Source: the human T2T-CHM13v2.0 reference genome, Homo sapiens
Assembly: GCF_009914755.1 (NCBI RefSeq)
Contig: NC_060934.1
DNA: 64,000 nt
Reading direction: 5' to 3' (one strand)
Shown: positions 30,111 through 46,100 of the stretch, in pieces
How positions within the stretch are numbered: the stretch's first letter is position 1
Layout: the number at the start of each line of letters is the position of its first letter
Translations under genes and position numbers: made by a program
The notes under the pieces: model-generated
Seen by the model: only the letters and a program-made list of their open reading frames with translations
Told to the model about the DNA's origin: nothing
Database searches by the model: none

Positions 30111-31699
30111 AAAGAAATGGAATAGAATGGAATGGAAGGGAATGGAAGGGAATGGAACGGAATAGAATAGAATGGAATAGAAAGAAATGGAATGGAATGG
30201 AATGAAATGTAATGGACTGGACTTAAAATGGAATAGAATGGAATGGAATGGAAAGGACTAGAAGGGAATGGAATGGAATGGACACGAATGGAATGGAATG
30301 GACTAGAAAGGAAGGGGATGGAATGTAACAGAATGGACTCTAATGGAAGGGAATCTAATGGAATTGAATGGACTTGAATGGAATGGACTCGAATGGAATG
30401 GAATGCAATCGAATGGACTCAAATGGAATGGAATGCAATTGAGTAGGAAATAATTGAATGGCATGGACTAGAATGTAATAGAATGTAATGGACTCCAGTG
30501 GAAAGTTGTCGAATGGAATGGACTCATATGGAATGGAGTGGAATGGACTAGAATAGAATGGAATTTAATGGACGCGATTGGAATGGAAGATATTCTAATG
30601 AAGTGGACTCGAATGGAATGGAATTGAGTGATCTCGATTGGAATGGAATAGATTCTAAGAAATGGACTAGAATGGAATGGAATGGAATTTACCAGAACCG
30701 AATGAGTTGGAATGGAATGGAATGTAATTGAAAGGAATGGAATGGAATGGAATGGAATGGAATGTCCTCAAAGGGAATTGAATGGAATGGAACGGATTCG
30801 AATGGAATGGAAAGGAATGGACTCGAGTGGAATAGAAAGAATGGAAAGGAATAGACTTGAACAGAATGGAATGGAATGGCATAGACTCGAATGGAATGGA
30901 CCCGAATGTAATGTCATGGAATCAAATGGAATGGACTCGAATGGAATGGAATGGAATTGACTCGAATGAAATTGAATGGAATGGACTTGAGTGGAATAGA
31001 ATGGAAAGGACTCGAAAGGAATGGTGTGGAATGGAGGGGATGCGAACGGAATGGAGTGGATTGGACTCGAATGGAATGGAATTGAATGGACTCGATTGGA
31101 ATGGAATACAATGGAATGAAATGGATTCGAAAGGAATGGACTGGAATGGAATGGTCACGGATGGAATGGAATGGAATGGAAAGGACTCGAATGAAATACA
31201 ACGGAATTTAATCGAATGGACTCTAATGTAACGGAATGTTGTGGACTCCAATGGAATAAAATGGACTATACACGAATGGAATGGACTCGAAGGGAATGGA
31301 ATGGAATGGAACGGATCCAAAGGTAATAGAATGGAATGGACTCGAATCGAATGGAATGGACTTGGATGGAATGGAAAGGAATGGAATGGATTCAAATGTA
31401 ATAGAATGGATTGAACTCGAAAGGAATCGAATGGGATGCACTCGAATGAAATGGAATAGAAAGGAATGGACTCAAATGTAATAGAATGGAATGTACTGGA
31501 ATGGAATGGAAGGTAATGGAAAGGAATGGAATCAAATGGAATGGAATGGAATGGAATGCAAAGGAATAGAATGGACTGGAATGGAATGGAATGAAATGGA
31601 ATGGAACTGACTTGAATGGAATAGAACGGAATGGAATGGTATGAAATCAAAGGGAATGGAATGGAATGGTCTCGAACGGAATGGAATGGACTCGAATGG

Positions 31700-34110
31700 A
31701 AGGGCATGTAATGTAATAGAATGGCCCCTAATGAAATGGAATCTAATGGAATGGAATCAAATTGAATTGAATGGAATTGAATTGACACGATTGGAATGAA
31801 ACACAATGGAATGGTCTCGAATGGAATGGAATGGAATGGAATTGACTAGAAAGGAATTGAAAGGAATGGACACGAATGGTATAGAATGTGTTGGACTTGA
31901 ATGTAATGGTGTTGAATGGAATGGACTTTAATGGAATGGAGTGTTATGGACTCGAATGGATTGGAATTGAATGGACTCTTCTGGAATGGAATGGATTGGA
32001 ATGAAATGGACTAGAATGGAATGGAATGGAATGGAACAGAAGAGAATGAATTGGAATGGAATGGAATGGACTCGAATGGAATGGAATGGAATGGAATGGA
32101 ATGGAATGAAATGGAATAGAATGTACTGCAATGGAATGGAGTGGAATGGAACAGACTCCAATGGATTGGAATGGAATGGATTCGAATTGAATAGAAAGGA
32201 ATGGAAAGGAATGGACTTGAATGGAATGGAATGGAATGGCATAGAATCCAAAGGAGTGGACTGGAATGGACAAGAATGTAATGGCGTGGAATCAAATGGA
32301 ATGGAGTTGAATGGAATGGAACCGAATGTATGTCATGGAATGAAATGGAATTGACTCGAACAGAATGGAATGGAATGGAATGCACTGGGATGGAATGGAA
32401 TGGAATGGAATGGTATGGAAGGAAAAGGAATGGAATGGAATGGACTCAAACGGAATGGAATTGAAAGGAATTCAATGGAATGGAATGGACTCGAAAGGAA
32501 TGGAATTGAATGGAATGCAAAGGCAATCAATGGAATGGAATGGAATGGAATGAAAGGGAATGGATTGGACTCGAATGGAATAGAGTGGAATGGGCTCGAA
32601 TGGAAAGAAATAGAATGGACTCGAACGGAATGGAACGGGATGGAACAGATTCACATGTAATAGAAGAGAATGGATTCGCATGGACTGGCGTGGAATGGAA
32701 TGGATTGGAATGGAATGGAGTGCAATGGAAACGAATAGAAAGGAATGGAAATGAATGGACTCGCATGGAATGGAATGTAACAGAATGGAATGTACTCGAA
32801 TGGAATGGAAGGTAATGGAATGAAATTTATAAGAATGGAAAGGAATGGAATAGAATGGAATGGAATGGAATGGAATGGAAAGGAATGGATTCGAAGGGAA
32901 TGGAATGAAATGGACTCGAATGCAATGGAATGGACTAGAATGGAAGGGCATGTAATGTAATAGAATGGACCCTAATGGAATGGAATCTAATGGAATGGAA
33001 TCGAATGGAATTGAATGGAATGGAATTGACTCGATTGCAATGGAACACAATGGAATGGACTCGAATGGAATGGAATGGAATGGAATTGACTAGAAAGGAA
33101 TTGAAAGGAATGGACACGAATGGAATAGAATGTGATGGACTCAAATGGAATGGTGTTGAATGGAATGGACTTTAATGGAATGGAGTGTTATGGACTCGAA
33201 TGGATTGGAATTGAATGGACTCTTCTGGAATGGAATGGATTGGAATGAAATGGACTAGAATGGAATGGACTGGAATGGAACGGATCAGAATGAACTGGAA
33301 TGGAATGGAACGAACTCGAATGGAATGGAATGGAATGGAATGGAATGAAATGAAATGGAATAGAATGTACTGCAATGGAATGGAGTGGAATGGAACAGAC
33401 TCCAATGGATTGGAATGGAATGGATTCGAATTGAATAGAAAGGATTGGAAAGGAATGGACTTGAATGGAATGGAATGGAATGGCATAGAATCTAAAGGAG
33501 TGGACTGGAATGGACAAGAATGTAACGGCGTGGAATCAAATGGAATGGAGTTGAATGGAATGGACCCGAATGTATGTCATGGAATCAAATGGAATCGACT
33601 CGAACAGAATGGAATGGAATGGAATGGACTGGGATGGAATGGAATGGAATGGAATGGAATGGTATGGAAGGAAAAGGAATGGAATGGAATAGACTGAAAC
33701 GGAATGGAATGGAATTGAATGGACTCACAAGGAATGGAATTGAATGGAATTCAATGGAATGGAATGGACTCGAAAGGAATGGAATTCAATGGAATGCAAA
33801 GGCATTCAATGGAATGGAATGGAATGGAATGGAAGGGAATGGATTGGACTCGAATGGAATGGAGTGGAATGGGCTCGAATGGAAAGAAATAGAATGGACT
33901 CGAATGGAATGGAACGGGATGGAACAGATTCACATGTAATAGAAGAGAATGGACTCGCATGGACTGGCGTGGAATGGAATGGATTGGAATCGAATGGAGT
34001 GCAATGGAAACGAATAGAAAGGAATGGAAATGAATGGACTCGCATGGAATGGAATGTAACAGAATGGAATGTACTCGAATGGAATGGAAGGCAATGGAAT
34101 GAAATTTATT
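31700..34110 (+). repeat. ~1.25-kb internal tandem duplication plus ~1.46-kb deletion within the 3,992-bp unit (also at +13272)
   Basis: aagggcatgt occurs at ~31700 and ~32944, and gactcttctgg at ~31974 and ~33218. The same aaatttataagaatgg junction appears at ~32823. The aaatgctatgg to aatttatgcg blocks are missing from this unit. Confidence 0.82.
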
Positions 34111-37100
34111 CCAATGGACAGGAATGGAATAGAATGGAATGGAAGGGAATGGAATGGAATAGAATCGAATGGAATAGAAAGGAATGGAATGGAATGGAAT
34201 GAAATGTAATGGACTGGACATAAAATAGAATAGAATGGAATGGAATGGAAAGGACTAGAAGGGAATGGAATGGAATGGAGACGAATGGAATGGAATGTAC
34301 TCGAAAGGAAGGGGATGGAATGTAATATAATGGACTCTAATGGGAGGGAATCTAATGGAATTGAATGGACTTGAATGGAATGGAATGGAATGGACTCGAA
34401 TGGAATGGAATGCAATCGAATGGACTCAAATGGAATGGAATGCAATTGAGTAGAAAATAATTGAATGGCATGGACTAGAATGTAATAGAATGTAATGGAC
34501 TCCAGTGGAAAGTTGTCGAATGGAATGGACTCATATGGAATGGAGTGGAATGGACTAGAATGAAATGGAATTGAATGGACTCGATTGGAATGGAAGATAT
34601 TCTAATGAAGTGGACTGGAATGGAATGGAATTGAGTGATCTCGATTGGAATGGAATAGATTCTAAGAAATGGACTAGAATGGAATGGAATGGAATGGACC
34701 AGAACCGAATGAGTTGGAATGGAATGGAATGTAATTGAAAGGAATGGAATGGAATGTCCTCAAAAGGAATTGAATGGAATGGAATGGATTCAAATGGAAT
34801 GGAATGGAATGGACTCGAATGGAATAGAAAGAATGGAAAGGAATACACTTGAACAGAATGGAATGGAATGGCATAGACTCGAATGGAATGGACCGGAATG
34901 TAATGTCATGGAATCAAATGGAATGGACTCGAATGGAATGGAATGGAATTGACTCGAATGAAATTGAATGGAATGGACTTGAGTGGAATAGAATGGAAAG
35001 GACTCGAAAGGAATGGTGTGGAATGGAGGGGATGCGAATGGAATGGAGTGGATTGGACTCGAATGGAATGGAATTGAATGGACTCGATTGGAATGGAATA
35101 CAATGGAATGAAATGGATTCGAAAGGAATGGAGTGGAATGGAATGGTCACGGATGGAATGGAATGGAATGGAAAGGACTCGAATGGAATACAACGGAATT
35201 TAATCGAATGGACTCTAATGTAACGGAATGTTGTGGACTCCAATGGAATAAAATGGACTATACATGAATGGAATGGACTCAAAGGGAATGCAATGGAATG
35301 GAACGGATCCAAAGGTAATGGAATGGAATGGACTCGAATGGAATGGAATGGACTCGTATGGAATGGAAAGGAATGGAATGGATTCAAATGTAATCGAATG
35401 GATTGGACTCGAATGGAATCGAATGGGATGCACTCGAATGAAATGGAATGGAATGGAATGGAATGGACTCAAATGTAATAGAATGGAATGTACTGGAATG
35501 GAATGGAAGGTAATGGAAAGGAATGGAATCAAACGGAATGGAATGGAAAGAATAGAATTGACTGGAATGGAATGGAATGAAATGGGATGGAACTGTCTTG
35601 AGTGGAATAGAATGGAATGGAATGGTATGAAATCAAAGGGAATGGAATGGAATGGTCTCGAATGGAATGGAATGGACTCGAATGGAAGGGAATGGAATTT
35701 AATAGAATGGACCCAATGGGATGGAATCTAATGGAGTGAAATGGAATGGACTCGAATGGAATGCAATGGATTGGAATCAAATGCTATGGAATGCAATGGA
35801 ATGGACTGGAATGGAATGGCATAGAATTGACTTGAATGGAATTGAATGGAATGGACACGAATGGAACAGAATGGGATGGACTCCAATGGAATGGTGTGGA
35901 ACGTAATGGACACGAATGGAATGGAGTGGAATAGACTCAAATGGAATGGAACTGAAGGGACATGATTTGCATGGAATGTAGTGGAATAAATTGGACTCGA
36001 ATGGAATGGAATGGAATCGAATGGTCTCGGATGGAATGGAATGGAATGGAATGGAATGGTTTGGAATGGACAGAAATGGAAGGGAATGGATAGGACCAGA
36101 AAGGAATGGAATGGAATGCAACGGACTCGAATGGAATGAAATGGAATGGAACCTATTCGAATGGAATGGAATGGAATGGTCACGAATGGAATGAAATGGA
36201 ATGGAAAGGACTCAATTGGAATGGAATGGAATGGAATGGACTCGAATGAAATACAACAGAATTGAATGAAATGGACTCTAATGGAATGTAATGTTGTGGA
36301 CTTGAATGGAATAAAATGGACTTTACTCAAATGGAATGGAATGAAATTGAATGGACTCGAAATGAATGGAATGGAATGGATGCGAATGGAATGGAATGGA
36401 ATTGAATCGACTCGAAGGGATTGGAATGCAAAGCAATGGAATGGACTCGAATGGATTGGAATGGAATTGACTCGAATGGAATTGAATGGATTGGACCTGA
36501 ATGGCATGGAATGGAATGCAATGGAATGGAATCAAATGGAATGGAATGGAATCGAATCGAATGGAATGGTATGGATTCGAATGGAATGGAATGCAATGGA
36601 CTCGAATGAAATGTGTTGGAATGGAATGGACTCGAATGGAAAGGAATGGAATGTAACCAAATGGTATAGAATGGAATGGAACGGACTCGAATGAAATGGA
36701 ATGGAATGGACTCGAATGGAATGGAATAGGATGGAACAGATTCAAATGTAATAGAAGAGAATGGACTCTAATGGAATGGAGAGAAATGGAATGGACTCGA
36801 ATGGAATGGAGTGCATTGGAAACGAATAGATGGAATGGAAATGAATGGACTCGAATGGAATTGAATGTAACGGAATGGAATATACTCGAATGGAATGGAA
36901 GGTATTGGAATGTAATTTATGCGAATGGAAAGGAATGGAATGGAATGAAATGGAATGGAATCGAATGGCATTGATTGGCATGGAATAGAATGGAATGGAA
37001 TGGAATGGAATGGAGTGGAATCGACTGGAATGGAATGGAATGAAATGGAATAGAATGGACTTGAATGAAATAGAATGGAATGGAATGGAATGGAATGGAA

Positions 37101-40100
37101 AGGAATGGATTAGAAGGGAATGGAATGAAATGGACTCGAATGGAATGGAATGGACTAGATTGGAAGGGCATGTAATGTAATACAATGGACCCTAATGGAA
37201 TGGAATCTAATGGAATGGAATCGAATGGAATTGAATGGAATGGAATTGACTCAATTGCAATGGAACAGAATGGAATGGACTCGAATGGAATGGAATGGAA
37301 TGGAATTGACTAGAAAGGAATTGAAAGGAATGGACACGAATGGAATAGAATGTGATGGACTCGAATGGAATGGTGTTGAATGGAATGGACTTTAATGGAA
37401 TGGAGTGTTATGGACTCGAATGGATTGGAATTGAATGGACTCTTCTGGAATGGAATGGATTGGAATGAAATGGACTAGAATGGAATGGAATGGAATGGAA
37501 CGGAAGAGAATGAACTGGAATGGAATGGAACGGACTCGAATGGAATGGAATGGAATGGAATGAAATGGAATAGAATGTACTGCAATGGAATGGAGAGGAA
37601 TGGAACAGACTCCAATGGATTGGAATGGAATGGATTCGAATTGAATAGAAAGGAATGGACTTGAATGGAATGGAATGGAATGGCATAGAATCCAAAGGAG
37701 TGGACTGGAATGGACAAGAATGTAACGGCGTGGAATAAAATTTAATGGAGTTGAATGGAATGGACCCGAATGTATGTCATGGAATCAAATGGAATCGACT
37801 CGAACAGAATGGAATGGAATGGAATGGACTGGGATAGAATGGAATGGAACGGAATGGTATGGAAGGAAAAGGAATGGAATGGAATGGACTCAAACGGAAT
37901 GGAATGGAATTGAATGGACTCAAAAGGAATGGAATTGAATGGAATTCAATGGAATGGAATGGACTCGAAAGGAATGGAATTGAATGGAATGCAAAGGCAT
38001 TCAATGGAATGGAATGGAATGGAAGGGAATGGATTGGACTCGAATGGAATGGAGTGGAATGGGCTCGAATGGAAAGAAATAGAATGGACTCAAATGGAAT
38101 GGAACGGGATGGAACAGATTCACATGTAATAGAAGAGAATGGACTCGCATAGACTGGCGTGGAATGGAATAGATTGGAATGGAATGGAGTGCAATGGAAA
38201 CGAATAGAAAGGAATGGAAATGAATGGACTCGCATGGAATGGAATGTAACAGAATGGAATGTACTCGAATGGAATGGAAGGCAATGGAATGAAATTTATT
38301 CGAATGGAAAGGAATGGAATAGAATGGAATGGAAGGGAATGGAATGGAATGGAATGGAATAGAATAGAATGGAATAGAAAGGAATGGAATGGAATGAAAT
38401 GTAATGGACTGAACTTAAAATGGAATAGAATGAAATGGAGTGGATAGGAATAGAAGGGAATGGAATGGACACGAATGGAATGGAATGGACTCGAAAGGAA
38501 GGGGATGGAATGTAAAAGTATGGACTCTAATGGAAGGGAATCTAATGGAATTGAATGGACTTGAATGGAATGGAATGGAATGGACTCGAATGGAATGGAA
38601 TGCAATTGAATGGACTCAAATGGAATGGAATGCAATTGAGTAGAAAATAATTGAATGGCATGGACTAGAATGTAATAGAATGTAATGGACTCCAGTGGAA
38701 AGTTGTCGAATGGAATGGACTCATATGGAATGGAGTGGAATGGACTAGAATGGAATGGAATTGAATGGACTCGATTGGAATGGAAGATATTCTAATGAAG
38801 TGGACTCGAATGGAATGGAATTGAGTGATCTCGATTGGAATGGAATAGATTCTAAGAAATGGACTAGAATGGTATGGACCAGAACCGAATGAGTTGGAAT
38901 GGAATGGAATGTAATTGAAAGGAATGGAATGGAATGGAATGGATTGTCCTCAAAAGGAATTGAATGGAATGGAACGGATTCGAATGGAATGGAATGGAAT
39001 GTACTCGAATGGAATAGAAAGAATGGAAAGGAATAGACTTGAACAGAATGGAATGGAATGGCATAGACTCGAATGGAATGGACCCGAATGTAATGTCATG
39101 GAATCAAATGGAATGGACTCGAATGGAATGGAATGGAATTGACTCGAATGAAATTGAATGGAATGGACTTGAGTGCAATAGAATGGAAAGGACTCGAAAG
39201 GAATGGTGTGGAATGGAGGGGATGTGAATGGAATGGAGTGGATTGGACTCGATTGGAATGGAATTGAATGGACTCGATTGGAATGGAATACAATGGAATG
39301 AAATGGATTCGAAAGGAATGGACTGGAATGGAATGGTCACGGATGGAATGAAATGGAATGGAAAGGACTCGAATGAAATACAACGGAATTTAATCGAATG
39401 GACTCTAATGTAACGGAATGTTGTGGACTCCAATGGAATAAAAAGGACTATACACGAATGGAATGGACTCGAAGGGAATGGAATGGAATGCAACGGATCC
39501 AAAGGTAATAGAATGGAATGGACTCGAATGGAATGGAATGGACTCGGATGGAATTGAAAGGAATGGAATGGATTCAAATGTAATAGAATGGATTGGACTC
39601 TAATGGAATCGAATGGGATGCACTCGAATGGAATGGAATGGAATGGACTCAAATGTAATAGAATGGAATGTATTGGAAAGGAATGGAAGGTAATGGAAAG
39701 GAATGGAATGAAACGGAATGGAATGGAAAGGAATAGAATGGACTGTAATGGAATGGAATGAAATGGAATGGAACTGTCTTGAATGGTATAGAATGGAATG
39801 GAATGGTATGAAATCAAAGGGAATGGAATGGAATGGTCTCAAATGGAATGGAATGGACTTGAATGGAAGGGAATGGAATTTAATAGAATGGACCCAATGG
39901 GATGGAATCTAATGGAGTGGAATGGAATGGACTTGAATGGAATGGAATGGATTGGAATCAAATGCTATGGAATGCAATGGAATGGACTGGAATGGAATGG
40001 CATAGAATTGACTTGAATGGAATTGAATGGAATGGACACGAATGGAACAGAATGGGATGGACTCCAATGGAATGGTGTGGAACGGAATGGACACGAATGG

Positions 40101-43100
40101 AATGGAGTGGAATAGACTCAAATGGAATGGAACTGAAGGGACATGATTTGTATGGAATGTAGTGGAATAAATTGGACTCGAATGGAATGGAATGGAATCG
40201 AATGGTCTCGGATGGAATGGAATGGAATGGAATGGAATGGTTTGGAATGGACAGAAATGGAAGGGAATGGATAGGACCAGAAAGGAATGGAAGGGAATGC
40301 AATGGACTAGAATGGAATGAAATGGAATGGAACCTATTCGAATGGAATGGAATGGTCACGAATGGAATGAAGTGGAATGGAAAGGACTCAAATGGAATGG
40401 AATGGACTCGAATGAAATACAACAGAATTGAATGAAATGGACTCTAATGGAATGTAATGTTGTGGACTTGAATGGAATAAAATGGACTTTACTCAAATGG
40501 AATGGAATGAAATTGAATGGACTCGAACTGAATGGAATGGAATGGATGTGAATGGAATGAAATGGAATTGAATCGACTCGAAGGGATTGGAATGCAAAGC
40601 AATGGAATGGACTCGAATGGATTGGAATGGAATTGACTCGAATGGAATTGAATGGATTGGACCTGAATGGCATGGAATGGAATGCAATGGAATGGAATCA
40701 AATGGAATGGAATGGAATCGAATCGAATGGAATGGTATGGATTCGAATGGAATGGAATGCAATGGACTCGAATGAAATGTGTTGGAATGGAATGGACTCG
40801 AATGGAAAGGAATGGAATGTAACCAAGTGGTATAGAATGGAATGGAATGGACTCGAATGAAATGGACTCGAATGGAATGGAATAGGATGGAACAGATTCA
40901 AATGTAATAGAAGAGAATGGACCCTAATGGAATGGAGAGAAATGGAATGGAGAGAAATGGAATGGACTCGAATGGAATAGAGTGCATGGGAAACGAATAG
41001 ATGGAAAGGAAATGAATGGAGTCGAAAGGAATTGAATGTAACGGAATGTAATGTACTCGAATGGAATGGAAGGTAATGGAATGTAATTTATGCGAATTGA
41101 AAGGAATGGAATGGAATGAAATGGAATGGAATCGAATGGCATTGAATTGCATGGAATAGAATGGAATGGAATGGAATGGAATGGAATAGAATGGACTTGA
41201 ATGAAATAGAATGGAATGGAATGGAATGGAATGGAATGGAATGGATTCGAAGGGAATGGAATGAAATGGACTAGAATGGAATGGAATGGAATGGAACGGA
41301 ACAGAATGAATTGGAATGGAATGGATTGGACTCCAATGGAATGGAATGGAATGGAATGAAATGGAATAGAATGTACTGCAATGGAATGGGGTGGAATGGA
41401 ACAGACTCCAATGGATTGGAATGGAATGGATTCGAATTGAATAGAAAGGAATGGAAAGGAATGGACTTGAATGGAATGGAGTGGAATGGCATAGAATCCA
41501 GAGGAGTGGACTGGAATGGAAAAGAATGTAATGGCGTGGAATCAAATGGAATGGAGTTGAATGGAATGGACCCGAATGTATGTCATGGAATCAAATGGAA
41601 TCGACTCGAACAGAATGGAATGGAATGGAATGGACTGGGATGGAATGGAATGGAATGGAATGGTATGGAAGGTAAAGGAATGGAATGGAATGGACTGAAA
41701 CGGAATGGAATGGAATTGAATGGACTCAAAAGGAATGGAATTGAATGGAATTCAATGGAATAGAATGGACTCGAAATGAATGGAATTGAATGGAATGCAA
41801 AGGCATTCAATGGAATGGAATGGAATGGAATGAAAGGGAATGAATTGGACTTGAATGGAATAGAGTGGAATGGGCTCGATTGGAAAGAAATAGAATGGAC
41901 TCGAACGGAATGGAACGGGATGGAACAGATTCACATGTAATAGAAGAGAATGGATTCGCATGGACTGGCGTGGAATGGAATGGATTGGAATGGAATGGAG
42001 TGCAATGGAAACGAATAGAAAGGAATGGAAATGTATGGACTCGCATGGAATGGAATGTAACAGAATGGAATGTACTCGAATGGAATGGAAGGTAATGGAA
42101 TGAAATTTATAAGAATGGAAAGGAATGGAATAGAATGGAATGGAATGGAATGGAATGGAAAGGAATGGATTCGAAGGGAATGGAATGAAATGGACTCGAA
42201 TGCAATGGAATGGACTAGAATGGAAGGGCATGTAATGTAATACAATGTACCCTAATGGAATGGAATCTAATGGAATGGAATCGAATGGAATTGAATGGAA
42301 TGGAATTGACTCGATTGCAATGGAACACAATGGAATGGACTCGAATGGAATGGAATGAAATGGAATTGACAAGAAAGGAATTGAAAGGAATGGACACGAA
42401 CGGAATAGAATGTGATGGACTCGAATGGAATGGTGTTGAATGGAATGGACTTTAACGGAATGGAGTGTGATGGACTCGAATGGATTGGAATTGAATGGAC
42501 TCTTCTGGAATGGAATGGACTGGAATGAAACGGATCAGAATGAACTGGAATGGATTGGAACGGACTCGAATGGAATGGAATGGAATGGAATGGAATGGAA
42601 TGGAATGAAATGGAATAGAATGTACTGCAATGGAGTGGAGTGGAATGGAACAGACTCCAATGGATTGGAATGGAATGGATTCGAATTGAATAGAAAGGAA
42701 TGGAAAAGAATGGACTTGAATGGAATGGAATGGAATGGCATAGAATCCAAAGGAGTGGACTGGAATGGACAAGAATGTAACGGCGTGGAATCAAATGGAA
42801 TGGAGTTGAATGGAATGGACCCGAATGTATGTCATGGAATCAAATGTAATCGAATCGAACAGAATGGAATGGAATGGAATGGACTGGGATGGAATGGAAT
42901 GGAATGGAATGGAATGGAATGGAATGGTATGGAAGGAAAAGGAATGGAATGGAATGGACTGAAACGGAATGGAATGGAGTTGAATGGACTCAAAAGGAAT
43001 GGAATTGAATGGAATTCAATGGAATGGAATGGACTCGAAAGGAATGGAATTGAATGGAATGCAAAGGCATTCAATGGAATGGAAAGGAATGGAATGGAAG

Positions 43101-46100
43101 GGAATGGATTGGACTCGAATGGAATGGAGTGGAATGGGCTCGAATGGAAAGAAATAGAATGGACTCGAATGGAATGGAACGGGATGGAACAGATTCACAT
43201 GTAATAGAAGAGAATGGACTCGCATGGACTGGCGTGGAATGGAATGGATTGGAATGGAATGGAGTGCAATGGAAACGAATAGAAAGGAATGGAAATGAAT
43301 GGACTCGCATGGAATGGAATGTAACAGAATAGAATGTACTCGAATGGAATGGAAGGTAATGGAATGAAATTTATTCGAATGGAAAGAAATGGAATAGAAT
43401 GGAATGGAAGGGAATGGAAGGGAATGGAACGGAATAGAATAGAATGGAATAGAAAGAAATGGAATGGAATGGAATGAAATGTAATGGACTGGACTTAAAA
43501 TGGAATAGAATGGAATGGAATGGAAAGGACTAGAAGGGAATGGAATGGAATGGACACGAATGGAATGGAATGGACTAGAAAGGAAGGGGATGGAATGTAA
43601 CAGAATGGACTCTAATGGAAGGGAATCTAATGGAATTGAATGGACTTGAATGGAATGGACTCGAATGGAATGGAATGCAATCGAATGGACTCAAATGGAA
43701 TGGAATGCAATTGAGTAGGAAATAATTGAATGGCATGGACTAGAATGTAATAGAATGTAATGGACTCCAGTGGAAAGTTGTCGAATGGAATGGACTCATA
43801 TGGAATGGAGTGGAATGGACTAGAATAGAATGGAATTTAATGGACGCGATTGGAATGGAAGATATTCTAATGAAGTGGACTCGAATGGAATGGAATTGAG
43901 TGATCTCGATTGGAATGGAATAGATTCTAAGAAATGGACTAGAATGGAATGGAATGGAATTTACCAGAACCGAATGAGTTGGAATGGAATGGAATGTAAT
44001 TGAAAGGAATGGAATGGAATGGAATGGAATGGAATGTCCTCAAAGGGAATTGAATGGAATGGAACGGATTCGAATGGAATGGAAAGGAATGGACTCGAGT
44101 GGAATAGAAAGAATGGAAAGGAATAGACTTGAACAGAATGGAATGGAATGGCATAGACTCGAATGGAATGGACCCGAATGTAATGTCATGGAATCAAATG
44201 GAATGGACTCGAATGGAATGGAATGGAATTGACTCGAATGAAATTGAATGGAATGGACTTGAGTGGAATAGAATGGAAAGGACTCGAAAGGAATGGTGTG
44301 GAATGGAGGGGATGCGAACGGAATGGAGTGGATTGGACTCGAATGGAATGGAATTGAATGGACTCGATTGGAATGGAATACAATGGAATGAAATGGATTC
44401 GAAAGGAATGGACTGGAATGGAATGGTCACGGATGGAATGGAATGGAATGGAAAGGACTCGAATGAAATACAACGGAATTTAATCGAATGGACTCTAATG
44501 TAACGGAATGTTGTGGACTCCAATGGAATAAAATGGACTATACACGAATGGAATGGACTCGAAGGGAATGGAATGGAATGGAACGGATCCAAAGGTAATA
44601 GAATGGAATGGACTCGAATCGAATGGAATGGACTTGGATGGAATGGAAAGGAATGGAATGGATTCAAATGTAATAGAATGGATTGAACTCGAAAGGAATC
44701 GAATGGGATGCACTCGAATGAAATGGAATAGAAAGGAATGGACTCAAATGTAATAGAATGGAATGTACTGGAATGGAATGGAAGGTAATGGAAAGGAATG
44801 GAATCAAATGGAATGGAATGGAATGGAATGCAAAGGAATAGAATGGACTGGAATGGAATGGAATGAAATGGAATGGAACTGACTTGAATGGAATAGAACG
44901 GAATGGAATGGTATGAAATCAAAGGGAATGGAATGGAATGGTCTCGAACGGAATGGAATGGACTCGAATGGAAGGGCATGTAATGTAATAGAATGGCCCC
45001 TAATGAAATGGAATCTAATGGAATGGAATCAAATTGAATTGAATGGAATTGAATTGACACGATTGGAATGAAACACAATGGAATGGTCTCGAATGGAATG
45101 GAATGGAATGGAATTGACTAGAAAGGAATTGAAAGGAATGGACACGAATGGTATAGAATGTGTTGGACTTGAATGTAATGGTGTTGAATGGAATGGACTT
45201 TAATGGAATGGAGTGTTATGGACTCGAATGGATTGGAATTGAATGGACTCTTCTGGAATGGAATGGATTGGAATGAAATGGACTAGAATGGAATGGAATG
45301 GAATGGAACAGAAGAGAATGAATTGGAATGGAATGGAATGGACTCGAATGGAATGGAATGGAATGGAATGGAATGGAATGAAATGGAATAGAATGTACTG
45401 CAATGGAATGGAGTGGAATGGAACAGACTCCAATGGATTGGAATGGAATGGATTCGAATTGAATAGAAAGGAATGGAAAGGAATGGACTTGAATGGAATG
45501 GAATGGAATGGCATAGAATCCAAAGGAGTGGACTGGAATGGACAAGAATGTAATGGCGTGGAATCAAATGGAATGGAGTTGAATGGAATGGAACCGAATG
45601 TATGTCATGGAATGAAATGGAATCGACTCGAACAGAATGGAATGGAATGGAATGCACTGGGATGGAATGGAATGGAATGGAATGGTATGGAAGGAAAAGG
45701 AATGGAATGGAATGGACTCAAACGGAATGGAATTGAAAGGAATTCAATGGAATGGAATGGACTCGAAAGGAATGGAATTGAATGGAATGCAAAGGCAATC
45801 AATGGAATGGAATGGAATGGAATGAAAGGGAATGGATTGGACTCGAATGGAATAGAGTGGAATGGGCTCGAATGGAAAGAAATAGAATGGACTCGAACGG
45901 AATGGAACGGGATGGAACAGATTCACATGTAATAGAAGAGAATGGATTCGCATGGACTGGCGTGGAATGGAATGGATTGGAATGGAATGGAGTGCAATGG
46001 AAACGAATAGAAAGGAATGGAAATGAATGGACTCGCATGGAATGGAATGTAACAGAATGGAATGTACTCGAATGGAATGGAAGGTAATGGAATGAAATTT

